Source of the DNA: Spirochaetota bacterium
GTDB taxonomy: Bacteria > Spirochaetota > UBA4802 > UBA5550
Assembly: GCA_041753395.1 (NCBI GenBank)
Contig: JBGSUQ010000030.1
Location: 10,133 to 74,132, forward strand
Reading direction: 5' to 3'
Length of the DNA stretch: 64,000 nt
The position numbers and the translations under genes were made by a program. Each line of letters opens with the position of its first letter. Positions within the stretch are counted from its first letter, which is position 1. Below the pieces are notes generated by a model. It saw nothing but the letters and a program-made list of their open reading frames with translations, did no database searches and had not been told where the DNA came from. Of the stretch, positions 17,393 through 27,227 are shown piece after piece.

Positions 17393-20062
17393 TTATTGCT
17401 GATCTGTGGATTCCCGCTTTCGGATGGAGTCTATATTAGCGGTAAGCTCATTTGAAATCTGCTCGATGATCTTCGAATAACTCCTCACGGTATCTGCGTT
17501 CTGGAGCGTATTCTGAGCAATATCGGTAATCGTGTTGATCATATTGGTCAGCTCCTGGAGGACCATCACCTGCTCATTGGAAAAAGTGAAAATATCGCCC
17601 GATATGCCGCTCAGCTGCTCGATCTTCGTCTGGATGTTGGTGTTCATGCTGTTCAGGCCCGTGGTGAAGGCGATTGCGTCCTTCATAACATCCCCGGTCT
17701 CGAGGATCTTTGAACGGACGTTCGCAAAAATTTCAGCGGTGCCGCTGATATAATCGAGCTCGCCGGCAACCTGGGCCGTATGCTGGACGATAGTGGTCTG
17801 GATCCCCTTGACCAGCTCGGTGGTCTGATCGGCTAGCTTGTTCACCTCGTCGGCAACCACGGCAAAGCCCCTCCCCTGCTCGCCTGCCCGGGCCGCCTCA
17901 ATGGCGGCGTTCAGGGCCAGAAGGTTGATCTTGTCTGCCAGCTCATTAATGGAATTGACCGTCTCCTGTATTCTTTTCAGATATTCCGCCAGGCCGCTGA
18001 TGGCCTTGATCGACTTGTCGATGGTCTCGGCGCCGACGTCGACCTGCCGGATGGCCTCGTTGATACTGTCGGTGAGCCGCGATACCCGCTGCGTGAGCTG
18101 GCCGCTGTTTGCGTTGATCTCCGTGATCTCGTTCTTCACGCCCTCCGAGTTGTCCATCTGGACCTTGATCGATTCCAGGTTCTTTTCGAATGAGGAAGAC
18201 ATTTCTTCATATGCCGACGCTGCTTCCTCGACAATGGCCGTCAGCTCACGGGCAATGTCGGCCAGGTGCTGGGAAGCCTGGTTCAGGTCATTGCTGACAG
18301 TCTTGACCTCTACGCTGTTCGTGGATATGGTGCCGATCATCCCCCGGATCGTCTCTACCATGGTATTAAAGGAGCGGGTGACATAGCCGATCTCGTCCTC
18401 CATCATGACGGGAACGGACGTGTTAAGGTCGCCCTCGTTGACGGCGCGCACGCCGCGGGAAAGGTTCCGGAGAGGGGTGATGAGGACGCCGCGGAAAAAG
18501 AGCTGGAACCCGAAGCGTACGACCACCAGAACCACTCCCAGGAGGATCATGAGCTTGAGGACAGAATCATGCATGAACCCCCGGTACTTTTCATAGGGGA
18601 AGCCCACTTCATGGACGACTCCGGCGTTATAATCGGCACGGGTGTATGCTACATAATGGGCCCCGCTTTTCGACGCGGTTCGGAACATGCGCGTACCGGG
18701 TTTCTGGACCGGGGCAAGTAAGCGGAGCATTTCGATCTTCAGCTCGTTTCCATCGGCTTCGCTCCCGGCGAGACGGCGCTTTATGGCTTCGGCAAAGGAC
18801 CCGAAGCCCTTGTGCTCTTTTACCAGATAGGCCTCCATAGTTCCGCGGAACCCCTCATCGGGCAGATGCTGAATTTTATTCCCATGGTAAAAGGTTACCT
18901 TGTTCAACGACGATATCGTTTTATCAAATCGTTTCACCGCATCCGTGGAGCCTTCGGGCATTCCATCAAGCAATTTTATCAACTCCCCTTTGTAGCCTTC
19001 AAAATAAGGCTGGCTTTGCTCCAGGAACTGTTTCGCCCTGCCGAACTCCTTATCGCGAAGATACTGCTCGAGGATACCGCGGTAATAGGTATTGGCAAGA
19101 TCGACATTAATGGACGGGAATTCATCCGGATCAACCCCGTCATGCTTTGTTATCGCGTCTTTTTTCATCGCGTAGACGATGCGATACCGGGCGGCCTGCA
19201 GCAGCCGGCCGGTCACCAGGGTCATATCCATATCCTTGCGGTAAATCTCATCAAAGGCCTCGTCCCGCTCCTGCAGGGACAGGTAGCTGGAAAACTGCAG
19301 CACAATCAAAAATGTAACTAGGGTTATGCCAATAATCTTGCCGATAAAAGAAAAACGGTCCCGGGCGTTATTGATAAAGGTTATCATGAGAAGGAAAAAT
19401 CCGGTGAGATTCAACAGAACCCAGGAATTATTGAACACCTCCCGTCCCACAACGCCGTCGCGGCTCATGGTATTCAGAACAGAGGGAACGACGTTAGCTA
19501 ACAGATAGATGACGCTCAGCAGGGCAATAATCCATCGCTCCCTCCCCTTCAGGATGATGAATTTCCACAGGGAGATCAGTGCGATAATCCCGACATTGGC
19601 GACTATCACGATTGCGATGATCTTGCTTATCTCATCAGCGTTGAAATCCCAATAGTGGCCATTAAAAAGGAACACCTTTTCCGCTTTTACGGTCATAACG
19701 AAAAAAGCAAGGATAATAACAATTGTGACCACATACGCTATCCTGGCAAACCACTTGGTAAAGCGGGGATGACTTACTTCTGGAAAACACAAGTAAAAGA
19801 GGTTGCCATGAATCTCGGCGAGAAGAATGGTTGTGACGGTCACCCAGCGGTGGTAGGCTGCCAGGGGATGGTAAATGGTGGCGGATATCAGATACCCGAA
19901 ATTAAAAACGGCCAGGATGGCAAAGGCCATACCCAGGTGAAATGTCGCCCTGGATTTCTGTTCCAGGGACAACATGAAAATTGCAGAGATTACAAAAAAT
20001 GCGACGGCTATGAGGGACCCGATGGAGAATGAGTTTAAATATATAATTCTTTCCGCTCCCAT
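17393..20062 (-). CDS. methyl-accepting chemotaxis protein with N-terminal multi-TM sensor module
   Basis: About 7-8 N-terminal TM helices, a large intervening domain, a TM, HAMP, and an MCP signalling domain ([30 protein letters not shown]). Start chosen at ATG 20062, behind GGGGGGAG. Confidence 0.88.
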   Translation of the reverse strand: MGAERIIYLNSFSIGSLIAVAFFVISAIFMLSLEQKSRATFHLGMAFAILAVFNFGYLISATIYHPLAAYHRWVTVTTILLAEIHGNLFYLCFPEVSHPRFTKWFARIAYVVTIVIILAFFVMTVKAEKVFLFNGHYWDFNADEISKIIAIVIVANVGIIALISLWKFIILKGRERWIIALLSVIYLLANVVPSVLNTMSRDGVVGREVFNNSWVLLNLTGFFLLMITFINNARDRFSFIGKIIGITLVTFLIVLQFSSYLSLQERDEAFDEIYRKDMDMTLVTGRLLQAARYRIVYAMKKDAITKHDGVDPDEFPSINVDLANTYYRGILEQYLRDKEFGRAKQFLEQSQPYFEGYKGELIKLLDGMPEGSTDAVKRFDKTISSLNKVTFYHGNKIQHLPDEGFRGTMEAYLVKEHKGFGSFAEAIKRRLAGSEADGNELKIEMLRLLAPVQKPGTRMFRTASKSGAHYVAYTRADYNAGVVHEVGFPYEKYRGFMHDSVLKLMILLGVVLVVVRFGFQLFFRGVLITPLRNLSRGVRAVNEGDLNTSVPVMMEDEIGYVTRSFNTMVETIRGMIGTISTNSVEVKTVSNDLNQASQHLADIARELTAIVEEAASAYEEMSSSFEKNLESIKVQMDNSEGVKNEITEINANSGQLTQRVSRLTDSINEAIRQVDVGAETIDKSIKAISGLAEYLKRIQETVNSINELADKINLLALNAAIEAARAGEQGRGFAVVADEVNKLADQTTELVKGIQTTIVQHTAQVAGELDYISGTAEIFANVRSKILETGDVMKDAIAFTTGLNSMNTNIQTKIEQLSGISGDIFTFSNEQVMVLQELTNMINTITDIAQNTLQNADTVRSYSKIIEQISNELTANIDSIRKRESTDQQ

Positions 20063-20287
20063 CTGCTCCCCCCTTGAAGGCAATGTCGCCGCGGGGCGCG
20101 GAGGACGTCGCCGCAGAACACCTCATTTAAGCATACTATGCCGTTATTATCAATTCATCATAATTAAAATAGACACGGATCCCTCGCTCTGTCAAGAATT
20201 ATCTCCGCCGTCATGTCAAAATAACATTAAGGTTGTAGCAGCCATCCTTGGGACACCGGCGCCATGGCGGCGGATCGAGCCATAAAG

Positions 20288-20307
20288 AAACCGGCCAGGA
20301 CCGGTTT
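20288..20307 (-). terminator. weak hairpin after the hox-operon response regulator
   Basis: aaaccgg-ccagga-ccggttt: 7-bp stem, followed on the minus strand by cTTTaT. Lies 29 nt after the stop at 20336. Confidence 0.4.
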
Positions 20308-20335
20308 TAGCTGAATATAAACCATAGGAACTTGA

Positions 20336-20710
20336 TTATATATGAAGCGCTTTCTTGATTGTCTTTACCATCTGATCCGGCGATACCGGCTTCTGGAACA
20401 TACCGTTAAAACCGAGCTTATCGAGCTCGATGTTCTGTGCCGTTGCGGCACCGATGCTGCTCAGGAGGTAAATGGGCAGCTTCTTGTCCTTCTTCCTGAT
20501 TTCGTGGGCTACCCTGGATCCCGCATCAACCTGCTCCATCATCATGTCGCAGAGGACCAGGTCCGGCTTAACTGTATCGACAGCCGCGATCCCGTCCTTG
20601 CCATTGCTCGCCGTGTACGCGTCAAAGCCGCTGGCCGAGAGTACCGCCTTGATGGAATCGGTAATATCAACATCGTCATCAATCACTAATATTTTTTTCT
20701 TATCAGCCAT
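20336..20710 (-). CDS. single-domain CheY-like response regulator (RR1)
   Basis: MADKKKILVIDDD start behind AAGGAG. Phospho-acceptor Asp in LVLCDMMM, then LLSSIG and FQKPV (Lys). The ORF-track N-terminal extension overlaps hoxW. Confidence 0.88.
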   Translation of the reverse strand: MADKKKILVIDDDVDITDSIKAVLSASGFDAYTASNGKDGIAAVDTVKPDLVLCDMMMEQVDAGSRVAHEIRKKDKKLPIYLLSSIGAATAQNIELDKLGFNGMFQKPVSPDQMVKTIKKALHI

Positions 20711-20727
20711 ACAATTTCTCCTTACTG

Positions 20728-21198
20728 TTAGTTTAACGTCACCGTCTCGGACATATTCATGATATCCGTTATTTTTCCCACAAGAAACCGGTACGCCTCT
20801 TCGAGGTTCTTTTCCGCCGCCGGCGTCAGCTCCTCGACGAACTCCCAGCCGTACCCACGGATGGCCAGGACATAGGCCCGAACCGATTTCCGGTACAGCT
20901 CGTGGCACAGGGCCAGGATGGAGCCGGGCGAGACGGAATGCGTTGTGAATGTAATTTCCCCCGACGGCTTCAGCTCGGTGAAGGTGAAAGGACCTTCGCC
21001 GCTCATGGCCGCGTCTACAAAAATGACCGTGCCGCTCTCCGACACCGCCACTGCGTCCTCGATCTGGAGCTGGTAGTTGCTATCGGTGGCGACCCCCGGA
21101 AGATGCGCTTCCTCGAGGCGCTCAACCAGGGCCGCTCCCAGGCCGTCGTCCTGACGGCCCGGGTTGCCGTATCCGTATACCAGTATCCTGTTTTGCAA
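20728..21198 (-). CDS. hoxW: hydrogenase maturation endopeptidase (HoxW/HybD family)
   Basis: ILVYGYGNPGRQDDGLG motif. Lies directly downstream of the large subunit gene. Confidence 0.88.
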   Translation of the reverse strand: MQNRILVYGYGNPGRQDDGLGAALVERLEEAHLPGVATDSNYQLQIEDAVAVSESGTVIFVDAAMSGEGPFTFTELKPSGEITFTTHSVSPGSILALCHELYRKSVRAYVLAIRGYGWEFVEELTPAAEKNLEEAYRFLVGKITDIMNMSETVTLN

Positions 21199-21202
21199 AG
21201 TA

Positions 21203-22654
21203 CTATTTTCTCTTCGTGTCGATAATATCGCCCGTCGAGTCGTACATGGTCACTTCGAGGGGCATCTTGCCCAGAGCGTGCGTCGCGCAGGAGAGGCATG
21301 GATCGTAGGCCCTGATGGCTACTTCGACACTGTTCATCATTCCCTCGGTGATCTCCGACTTGCCGGTAAAAACGCTCTTTGCAACGTTGTTAACGGCGCG
21401 GTTCATCGGCTCGTTGTTGTTCGTCGTGGAGACGATCAGGTTCGCCATGACGACCTGGTCCTGGTCGTTGATCTTGTAATGGTGGAACAGGGTCCCCCGC
21501 GGCGCTTCGATCAGGCCGACGCCCTCGTTTTGTTTCTTGCCCTTGGTCACCAGGTTCTTGCCCTGGATGTCCTTGTCAAGGAGAAGTTCCTTGATCATTT
21601 CGGCGGCGTGAAGGTTCTCGATCAGGCGGGCCCAGTGCATATGCATAGACATGTTGTTCGGCTTGCCCCTGGTGTAGGCCTTGTACTGTTCGAACTCCTT
21701 CTGCGCCAGCGGCGTCGGAATGAAGTCACAGGTGTTAAGACGCGCAAGCGGCCCGACCGTGTACCATCCGTCCTTCTTGCCGATCGACTTCAGGTAGGGG
21801 AACTTCATGTAGCTCCAGTTCTTGACCTCTTCCCCGATATGGTTGTAATAATCCTGGTAATCCACGTCGTTCAGGATCTTCTTCCCTTCGGAATCAACGG
21901 CGCGCAGCACGCCGTGGTAGAGATCGAGGGCCCCGTCCTTACGCACGAGTGAAAGGTGGCTGGACGGGAATACCGCGAAATTATCGAGCATGTCAGCGTG
22001 CTTGGAATGGAAATCCTTGAAGAAATCGACCGCGGCCTGCGCCCATGCGATCATCTTGTCGCAATTAAGGGGATCGGCCCCCTTCAGGAACTCGTCCCGC
22101 TCCTCGTTCGACAGGCTCTTGTTGATGCCGCCGGGTATCGCTCCGGTGCCGTGGATCTTCTTGCCCGCGGTCGCCCGGATGACTTCCTGGCCGAACTTCC
22201 TCATCAGCACCGCCTGTACGGCCAGGTCCTTGTGCTCGAGGACCACGCCGATGACGTTGCGGATCGCCGGGTCGCCGTCGATGCCGAAGAGCAGATCAGG
22301 CGATGCCAGGTGGAAAAAGTGCAGGGTGTGGGACTGGAACATCTGCCCGTAGTGCATCAGCCGCCGCATCTTTTCGCCCGTGGGGGTGAGCCCGTCGCCG
22401 GTCCCCGCGCCCACGATCACGTCAACGGCCTTCGCCGCTGCCAGGTGGTGGCTCACCGGGCAGATGCCGCACAGGCGCTGCACCAGCACCGGCATCTCCC
22501 AGTAGGGTCTTCCCTGAACAAAACGCTCGAAACCGCGGAACTCGACGATATGGAGCCGCGACTGGGCCACGTTGTTGCTGTCATCGAGCTGGATGGTCAC
22601 CTTGCCATGTCCCTCGACTCGTGTTATCGGTTCTATCGTTATTTTTCTAGCCAT
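21203..22654 (-). CDS. hoxH: [NiFe] hydrogenase large subunit, NAD-coupled bidirectional (group 3d-like)
   Basis: RVEGHGKVTI, N-terminal RLCGICPVSH, C-terminal DPCLSCATH followed by a 24-aa tail for proteolytic processing. Context with hoxF/U/Y. Confidence 0.93.
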   Translation of the reverse strand: MARKITIEPITRVEGHGKVTIQLDDSNNVAQSRLHIVEFRGFERFVQGRPYWEMPVLVQRLCGICPVSHHLAAAKAVDVIVGAGTGDGLTPTGEKMRRLMHYGQMFQSHTLHFFHLASPDLLFGIDGDPAIRNVIGVVLEHKDLAVQAVLMRKFGQEVIRATAGKKIHGTGAIPGGINKSLSNEERDEFLKGADPLNCDKMIAWAQAAVDFFKDFHSKHADMLDNFAVFPSSHLSLVRKDGALDLYHGVLRAVDSEGKKILNDVDYQDYYNHIGEEVKNWSYMKFPYLKSIGKKDGWYTVGPLARLNTCDFIPTPLAQKEFEQYKAYTRGKPNNMSMHMHWARLIENLHAAEMIKELLLDKDIQGKNLVTKGKKQNEGVGLIEAPRGTLFHHYKINDQDQVVMANLIVSTTNNNEPMNRAVNNVAKSVFTGKSEITEGMMNSVEVAIRAYDPCLSCATHALGKMPLEVTMYDSTGDIIDTKRK

Positions 22655-22719
22655 AATATTCTCCTGAAATTTTCCTTAAAAACACCATAGCGGGGTTTTT
22701 AAGTGGCCGTTTACAACGG

Positions 22720-23259
22720 CTAATCATACTTTAACACCTCATACGGCAAGTTGAGCGGCTTCCCGGACAGGAGCGCCGTTAATGCCTCCCATATCAGGTC
22801 CGCACGCGGCGGGCACCCGGGAAGGAAATAGTCGATCTTCACGATCTCGTGGAGTGGATAGACCCTGTCAAGGATCATCGGGATCTCCGGATCATTGGGG
22901 ATGATCTTGTCGTCAACCGTGACGCAGTTCAGATAAGCCTCTTCCAGGCACTCCTTGATGGGGATGCCGTTCCGCATCGCCGGCAGGCCGCCCATAATAG
23001 CGCACTCTCCCAGGGAGATGAGGATTTTGCAGTGCTTCCGGAACTCGATCAGGTTCTCGACGTTTTCGCTGTTACAGCAGCCCCCTTCAATGATGCCGAT
23101 GTCGCACTCCTTGGTGAACGTCTTGATGTCATCCACCGGCGACTTGTTGAACTCCACCAGATCGATGAGTTGTAGTATTCTATCGTCAATGTCAAGCAGA
23201 GACATATGGCACCCAAAACAACCCGCCAGCGACGCGGTAGCCACAACTGGTTTACTCAT
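22720..23259 (-). CDS. hoxY: [NiFe] hydrogenase small subunit (HoxY-type)
   Basis: 179 aa with ASLAGCFGCHMSLLD and GGCCNS...GCPP cluster ligands. Confidence 0.9.
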   Translation of the reverse strand: MSKPVVATASLAGCFGCHMSLLDIDDRILQLIDLVEFNKSPVDDIKTFTKECDIGIIEGGCCNSENVENLIEFRKHCKILISLGECAIMGGLPAMRNGIPIKECLEEAYLNCVTVDDKIIPNDPEIPMILDRVYPLHEIVKIDYFLPGCPPRADLIWEALTALLSGKPLNLPYEVLKYD

Positions 23260-23282
23260 TATAGTTTCCTCCGATCATTTCA

Positions 23283-23975
23283 TTACTTCTGAATTTCGCT
23301 GCCGATGGGCGCTTTGTCATACTTGCGTTTGCCGATGGGCACAATAAAACCGATTTCCTTCTTCAAGATAGCGCCCACCGGGCACTGATCCATTGCCTTC
23401 TTCGCCAGGTCGTCCGGCATCTTCGCCTCCAGTTCACGGTCGGCAACGATGGTGGAATGTCCCGAACGATCCGTCATCGCGAATATATGCCTGCCGTCCT
23501 TCGTGGTGACGCCCCGGACGCAGCGCCGGCACTGGATGCACCGGTTCGTGTCGATCATGATCTTCGTGTAGGTCGCATCCATCGCACGCTTCGGGAACAG
23601 GTAAGGAAAGCGCGGCGCCAGGAGCTGGTACCGGTACCCCAGGGCCTGGAGCTCGCAGTTCCCGCTCTTTTCGCAGGTGGGGCACATGTGGTTCCCTTCA
23701 ACGAAGAGCATCTCCACCAGGGCCTTACGCATGTCCTCCAGTTCCGGTATCGCATTTTCCACGATCATCCCTTCCGAGATGGGGGTCGTGCAGGCGGCCA
23801 TGTTTCTGCCGCCGACCTTGACCGTGCAGATGCGGCAGATACCGGCCGGCTTCAGGCCCTCGTACCAGCAGAGGACCGGAATGTATACGCCGCTGTCGCG
23901 GGCCGCCTCGACAATGGTCTGGCCCGCCTTGCCGGTGCACTCTTTTCCGTCTATTTCAAATGTTATCTTGCTCAT
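23283..23975 (-). CDS. hoxU: diaphorase Fe-S subunit HoxU (NuoG N-terminal-like)
   Basis: 2Fe-2S motif C-x10-C-x2-C, HMCPTCEKSGNCELQ, CIQCRRCVR and QCPVGA. Confidence 0.9.
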   Translation of the reverse strand: MSKITFEIDGKECTGKAGQTIVEAARDSGVYIPVLCWYEGLKPAGICRICTVKVGGRNMAACTTPISEGMIVENAIPELEDMRKALVEMLFVEGNHMCPTCEKSGNCELQALGYRYQLLAPRFPYLFPKRAMDATYTKIMIDTNRCIQCRRCVRGVTTKDGRHIFAMTDRSGHSTIVADRELEAKMPDDLAKKAMDQCPVGAILKKEIGFIVPIGKRKYDKAPIGSEIQK

Positions 23976-23976
23976 A

Positions 23977-25788
23977 TTAATGTCCCTCGATGTTTGAATT
24001 TCTTCCCGCGGTCTTGCAGTACTCCTGTACCGCCCTGTTCATGTCGAATTCGGTCACATAATCCACACCCTTCTGCAGCTTTGCTTCGTATGCGTCGCGG
24101 AAATTCTCGATGGTGGTCGAGATCGGGTTCGGTGACGTCTGCCCCAGGCCGCAGCGGCTCGTGGCCCTGACAATGGTACACCAGTCTGCGAGTTCCTTGA
24201 GGTCGGACCCGGTGCCCCTGCCCGCCATGATCTTTTCAAGGCGCTGCTTGAGGAGCACATTACCTGCCCTGCACGGTGTGCACCATCCGCACGATTCCTC
24301 AACGAAGAAATCCATGAAGTTGTGAACTATTTTCAGCAGGTCGGTATTGGGTCCGATGATAATGATGGAGCCGCCGGTGGGGAGTTCCTCGAAGGAAAGT
24401 TTTTCCCCGAAGTCCTTTTTACCCACACACTTGCCTGAAGGACCACCCACCTGGACCGCCACGGCATCGGAGCCGCCGGCATCATCGAGGAGGCTCTGCA
24501 GAGTGGTGCCGAACTCAACTTCATAAATGCCCGGCTTAGAACAGTCGCCGGATATGGACAGGACCTTAGTGCCGTGGGACTGGAAGGTCCCCATCCTGGC
24601 GAACCACTCGCCGCCCTGGACCATGATACGCGCCGCCGCGCAGAGACTTTCCACGTTATTGACCGTCGTGGGGTATCCCAGATAACCATTCTGCGCAGGG
24701 AACGGCGGCCGGTTCCGCGGCTCGCCCCGTTTTCCTTCAGCGGATTCTATCAGAGCCGATTCCTCGCCGCATATATAGGCGCCGGCGCCGAGCTTTATTG
24801 TAATGTCAAAATTAAAACCTTTTTTCCCCGCGACATTCTTGCCCATGAGATTGTTGTTCCTCATTGTTTCAAGGACGCTCTGGAGATACTTCAGCAGGTA
24901 TTCGTATTCAGCCCTCAGGTAGAGGACCCCTTCTTCGGCACCGATAGCGTATCCCGCCACGGTCATACCGTCAAAGAGCATCTGCGGCAATTCAGTCAAT
25001 ATGACGCGGTCCTTGAAGGTACCCGGTTCGCCTTCATCGGCGTTGCAGACCACATACATTTTCTTGCCATTAGAATTGCGGGTAAATTCCCATTTCATAC
25101 CGGTGGGGAACCCTGCGCCGCCCCGGCCGCGAAGGTTCGATTTTTTAATTTCCTCGATGACCGCTTCCGGCGTCATGCCCACGGCTTTCTTGATCCCGGA
25201 GCCGGTCTCGTAAGGTGCGAATATCACCGGACCTTTTTTCTGGATGTTGTTCTTAACCATGGCACCGATCAAAGCGGACTGGTTCTGTCCATCCCCGGTC
25301 TCCTTAACCATGGTCTTGACATCTTTCCCGGCCTTCATCTGGAACACGAGGTCTTTCGCTTTTTCCGGCGTAAGGTTCGTGAATACAATGCCGTTGATCA
25401 GTGCCGCCGGCTCCTGGTCGTTCATACCGATATCGGAAGTGTCATACAGACCGATCTGACCGTCGAATGTCGTTACTCCGAAGGAACACCCCGCCGCCTG
25501 CTCAAAGGCTTTGGCCACAGCATCTCTCCCTTTCATTTCAGCCACGGCGCTGTTGTTCAGGTAAACCGTGTATTTTCCCCTGGGCTCTTTTGAAAAGAAA
25601 TGATAGAAAGAAACAACACCATCAACGTCAACCTTAGAAACACCCAGGTTAATGGCGATGGCGGCTGATGCCTCATCCGAAACGAAGCCAAATTCACCCT
25701 GCACTTCGCGGATAATATCGAGCATCATGGTAGCGTCTTTGCCATGCTTCTTCACAGCTCTTGTGACTACATCACCTATACTGCCCAT
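23977..25788 (-). CDS. hoxF: diaphorase NAD/FMN subunit HoxF (NuoE-like + NuoF fusion)
   Basis: GRGGAGFPTGMKWEF, GEPGTFKD, ESCGWCTPCR. The N-terminal thioredoxin-like domain lacks the four Cys ligands. Confidence 0.92.
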   Translation of the reverse strand: MGSIGDVVTRAVKKHGKDATMMLDIIREVQGEFGFVSDEASAAIAINLGVSKVDVDGVVSFYHFFSKEPRGKYTVYLNNSAVAEMKGRDAVAKAFEQAAGCSFGVTTFDGQIGLYDTSDIGMNDQEPAALINGIVFTNLTPEKAKDLVFQMKAGKDVKTMVKETGDGQNQSALIGAMVKNNIQKKGPVIFAPYETGSGIKKAVGMTPEAVIEEIKKSNLRGRGGAGFPTGMKWEFTRNSNGKKMYVVCNADEGEPGTFKDRVILTELPQMLFDGMTVAGYAIGAEEGVLYLRAEYEYLLKYLQSVLETMRNNNLMGKNVAGKKGFNFDITIKLGAGAYICGEESALIESAEGKRGEPRNRPPFPAQNGYLGYPTTVNNVESLCAAARIMVQGGEWFARMGTFQSHGTKVLSISGDCSKPGIYEVEFGTTLQSLLDDAGGSDAVAVQVGGPSGKCVGKKDFGEKLSFEELPTGGSIIIIGPNTDLLKIVHNFMDFFVEESCGWCTPCRAGNVLLKQRLEKIMAGRGTGSDLKELADWCTIVRATSRCGLGQTSPNPISTTIENFRDAYEAKLQKGVDYVTEFDMNRAVQEYCKTAGRNSNIEGH

Positions 25789-26216
25789 ATTCCCTCTTTT
25801 TTATTTAATTTTTTATCATCTTTACAAACAACTCATAAATAAACAATTATAATAATATGTTTATTTTTATATTGCAAATGTTCATACTCTAATAAAAGAA
25901 ATTGTTATATTAAATATTATTATACGATATTTTGTTAGAAAAGCATCACTAAATATTGGGATAATTTGTTAATAGGTTGGTATAAATACAATAATAATTT
26001 TTGGTCGATGGTAAAAAAAAATAGCAGTTTAATGAAATATGTCACGGTTACTTTTTGATTATGGTCGGAACTTATATTACTCAATGATAATTATTATAGA
26101 TAGTATATTCCTTATAAAATTAAATTTTTGTATTCAGTTTCTTATAATTACCGATGTTCAAATCAATTCTTACAACAATAGATGTGGTATTTGACCGACT
26201 CTATGCCCTTTGTATA
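25789..26216 (-). promoter_or_regulatory. 428-bp very AT-rich intergenic block upstream of hoxF (promoter/regulatory region, elements undefined)
   Basis: Hand counts of 60-nt lines give about 13% G+C, against about 55-63% in the flanks. No ORF of 60 aa or more. Confidence 0.6.
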
Positions 26217-26591
26217 TCAAATTCCCAGAGATCTCTTGATGGATGATATCAGCTGCTCAGGATGGACAGGCTTCTGAAAAACGCCTTTGAAGCCAAGATT
26301 TCCGGTATCGATATTCGCCGCGGTTGCGTCGCCGATACTACTGAGAAGGAAGATGGGAGCGGCAACGTCCTTTTTCATCAGTTCCTCCGCAACCTTCATG
26401 CCCGCGTCAATCCGTTCCATCATCATGTCGCACAGGATCAGGTCGGGTTTTTTTTGAATCGCAGCATCAATTCCATCATGTCCGCTCATAGCCGTGGCGA
26501 CATCAAAACCGTTTTTTTCTAGAATGACTTTAATTGAATCGACAATATCGATATCATCGTCAATTACCAGTACCAGTTTTTTATCAGACAT
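26217..26591 (-). CDS. single-domain CheY-like response regulator (RR2, paralog of RR1)
   Basis: MSDKKLVLVIDDD start behind AAGGAGG. Same 124-aa length as RR1 and 75/124 identical in my ungapped hand alignment. Confidence 0.88.
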   Translation of the reverse strand: MSDKKLVLVIDDDIDIVDSIKVILEKNGFDVATAMSGHDGIDAAIQKKPDLILCDMMMERIDAGMKVAEELMKKDVAAPIFLLSSIGDATAANIDTGNLGFKGVFQKPVHPEQLISSIKRSLGI

Positions 26592-26658
26592 AACAAATCC
26601 TCCTTTGGACCGTAATAAGCTGCAAGTATGATTGCGCACAAATGTCAATTGCCGGGTA

Positions 26659-27132
26659 TCAACCACCCTGGGTCTGCGGAAACGCCGTGTTCGAGTAGAG
26701 ATACTCAACTTTTTCCTTGTGCTTCAACTCCTCGTTGGCCATTTTCAAAAGCATTTCCTTCACTTCACCGTCGGGCTGGATATCAGACAGACCCTTGTAA
26801 AAATTATAGGAATTCAACTCCCGGTGGGCGGCCACAAGGTATACGTCCTTCGTGTCAAGGTTCTTCTCTATGTCCGGCTTGTCCAGATACTGTGCGACTT
26901 TATAATCAATGACTTCCGTCATTCTCAACGCGCCGGAGCCGGTTTTCCCGCTTTTATATGATACGAGAAATTCCTTGTGTTTTTTCTCCTGATCGGCGAG
27001 AAACTTTAACGCGTCTTTTGCCGTCGGGTCGGTGACGGTGTTTCCCAGCTTCGCATAAAAATCGAAAGCCTCTTCCTCCCTCATTATCGCCTTATCAATG
27101 AGATTCTCAAGTGTTACATTTTCCATACGCAC
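26659..27132 (-). CDS. rubrerythrin/ferritin-like diiron four-helix protein (no rubredoxin domain)
   Basis: Two E...ExxH halves (EEEAFDFY...QEKKH; HRELNSYNFY...EELKH). Confidence 0.7.
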   Translation of the reverse strand: MRMENVTLENLIDKAIMREEEAFDFYAKLGNTVTDPTAKDALKFLADQEKKHKEFLVSYKSGKTGSGALRMTEVIDYKVAQYLDKPDIEKNLDTKDVYLVAAHRELNSYNFYKGLSDIQPDGEVKEMLLKMANEELKHKEKVEYLYSNTAFPQTQGG

Positions 27133-27227
27133 CGTCTCCCTTTTGTCATAATATCCGCATCCGCATGTGGAGAAAGAAAAGCGCCAGGACGCCGGGCGTT
27201 CCCGGAGTCCTGGCGTTACATCGTCTA

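Noticed and set aside
20711-20908. N-terminal extensions suggested by the ORF track (RR1 to 20908; RR2 to 26708; hypD from 10443; hypE from 11450; HADH from 57488; crotonase from 58867; PP2C receptor from 59636; TetR from 54420)
   Set aside because: In each case an internal ATG or GTG with a good Shine-Dalgarno sequence coincides with the conserved family N-terminus. The extension overlaps the upstream gene or an intergenic hairpin.
21164-22690. Two plus-strand ORFs (262 and 244 aa) opposite hoxH
   Set aside because: They are antisense to a canonical [NiFe] large-subunit gene and have no motifs. These are compositional artefacts. The same reasoning applies to 24574-25593 (opposite hoxF), 28544-29413 and 29987-30631 (opposite fdhB), 30517-31557 (opposite fdhA), 16455-17402 (opposite the SDR), 11482-12210 (opposite hypE), 41743-42498, 45149-45775, 47715-48395, 56214-57238 and 54980-55621.
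26054-26064. 11-mer TTTGATTATGG shared by the hox (26054-26064) and fdh (33168-33178) AT-rich blocks
   Set aside because: In DNA this AT-rich, my rough estimate is that several 11-mer matches between two 450-bp regions arise by chance. The two copies also sit at very different distances from their start codons (about 270 versus about 60 nt).
25789-26216. Sigma54 (TGGCAC-N5-TTGC) promoter upstream of hox or fdh
   Set aside because: No acceptable -24/-12 pair is visible on the minus strand in either AT-rich block. The only TGGC..N..TTCG-like string (about 33175) is on the wrong strand and mismatched.
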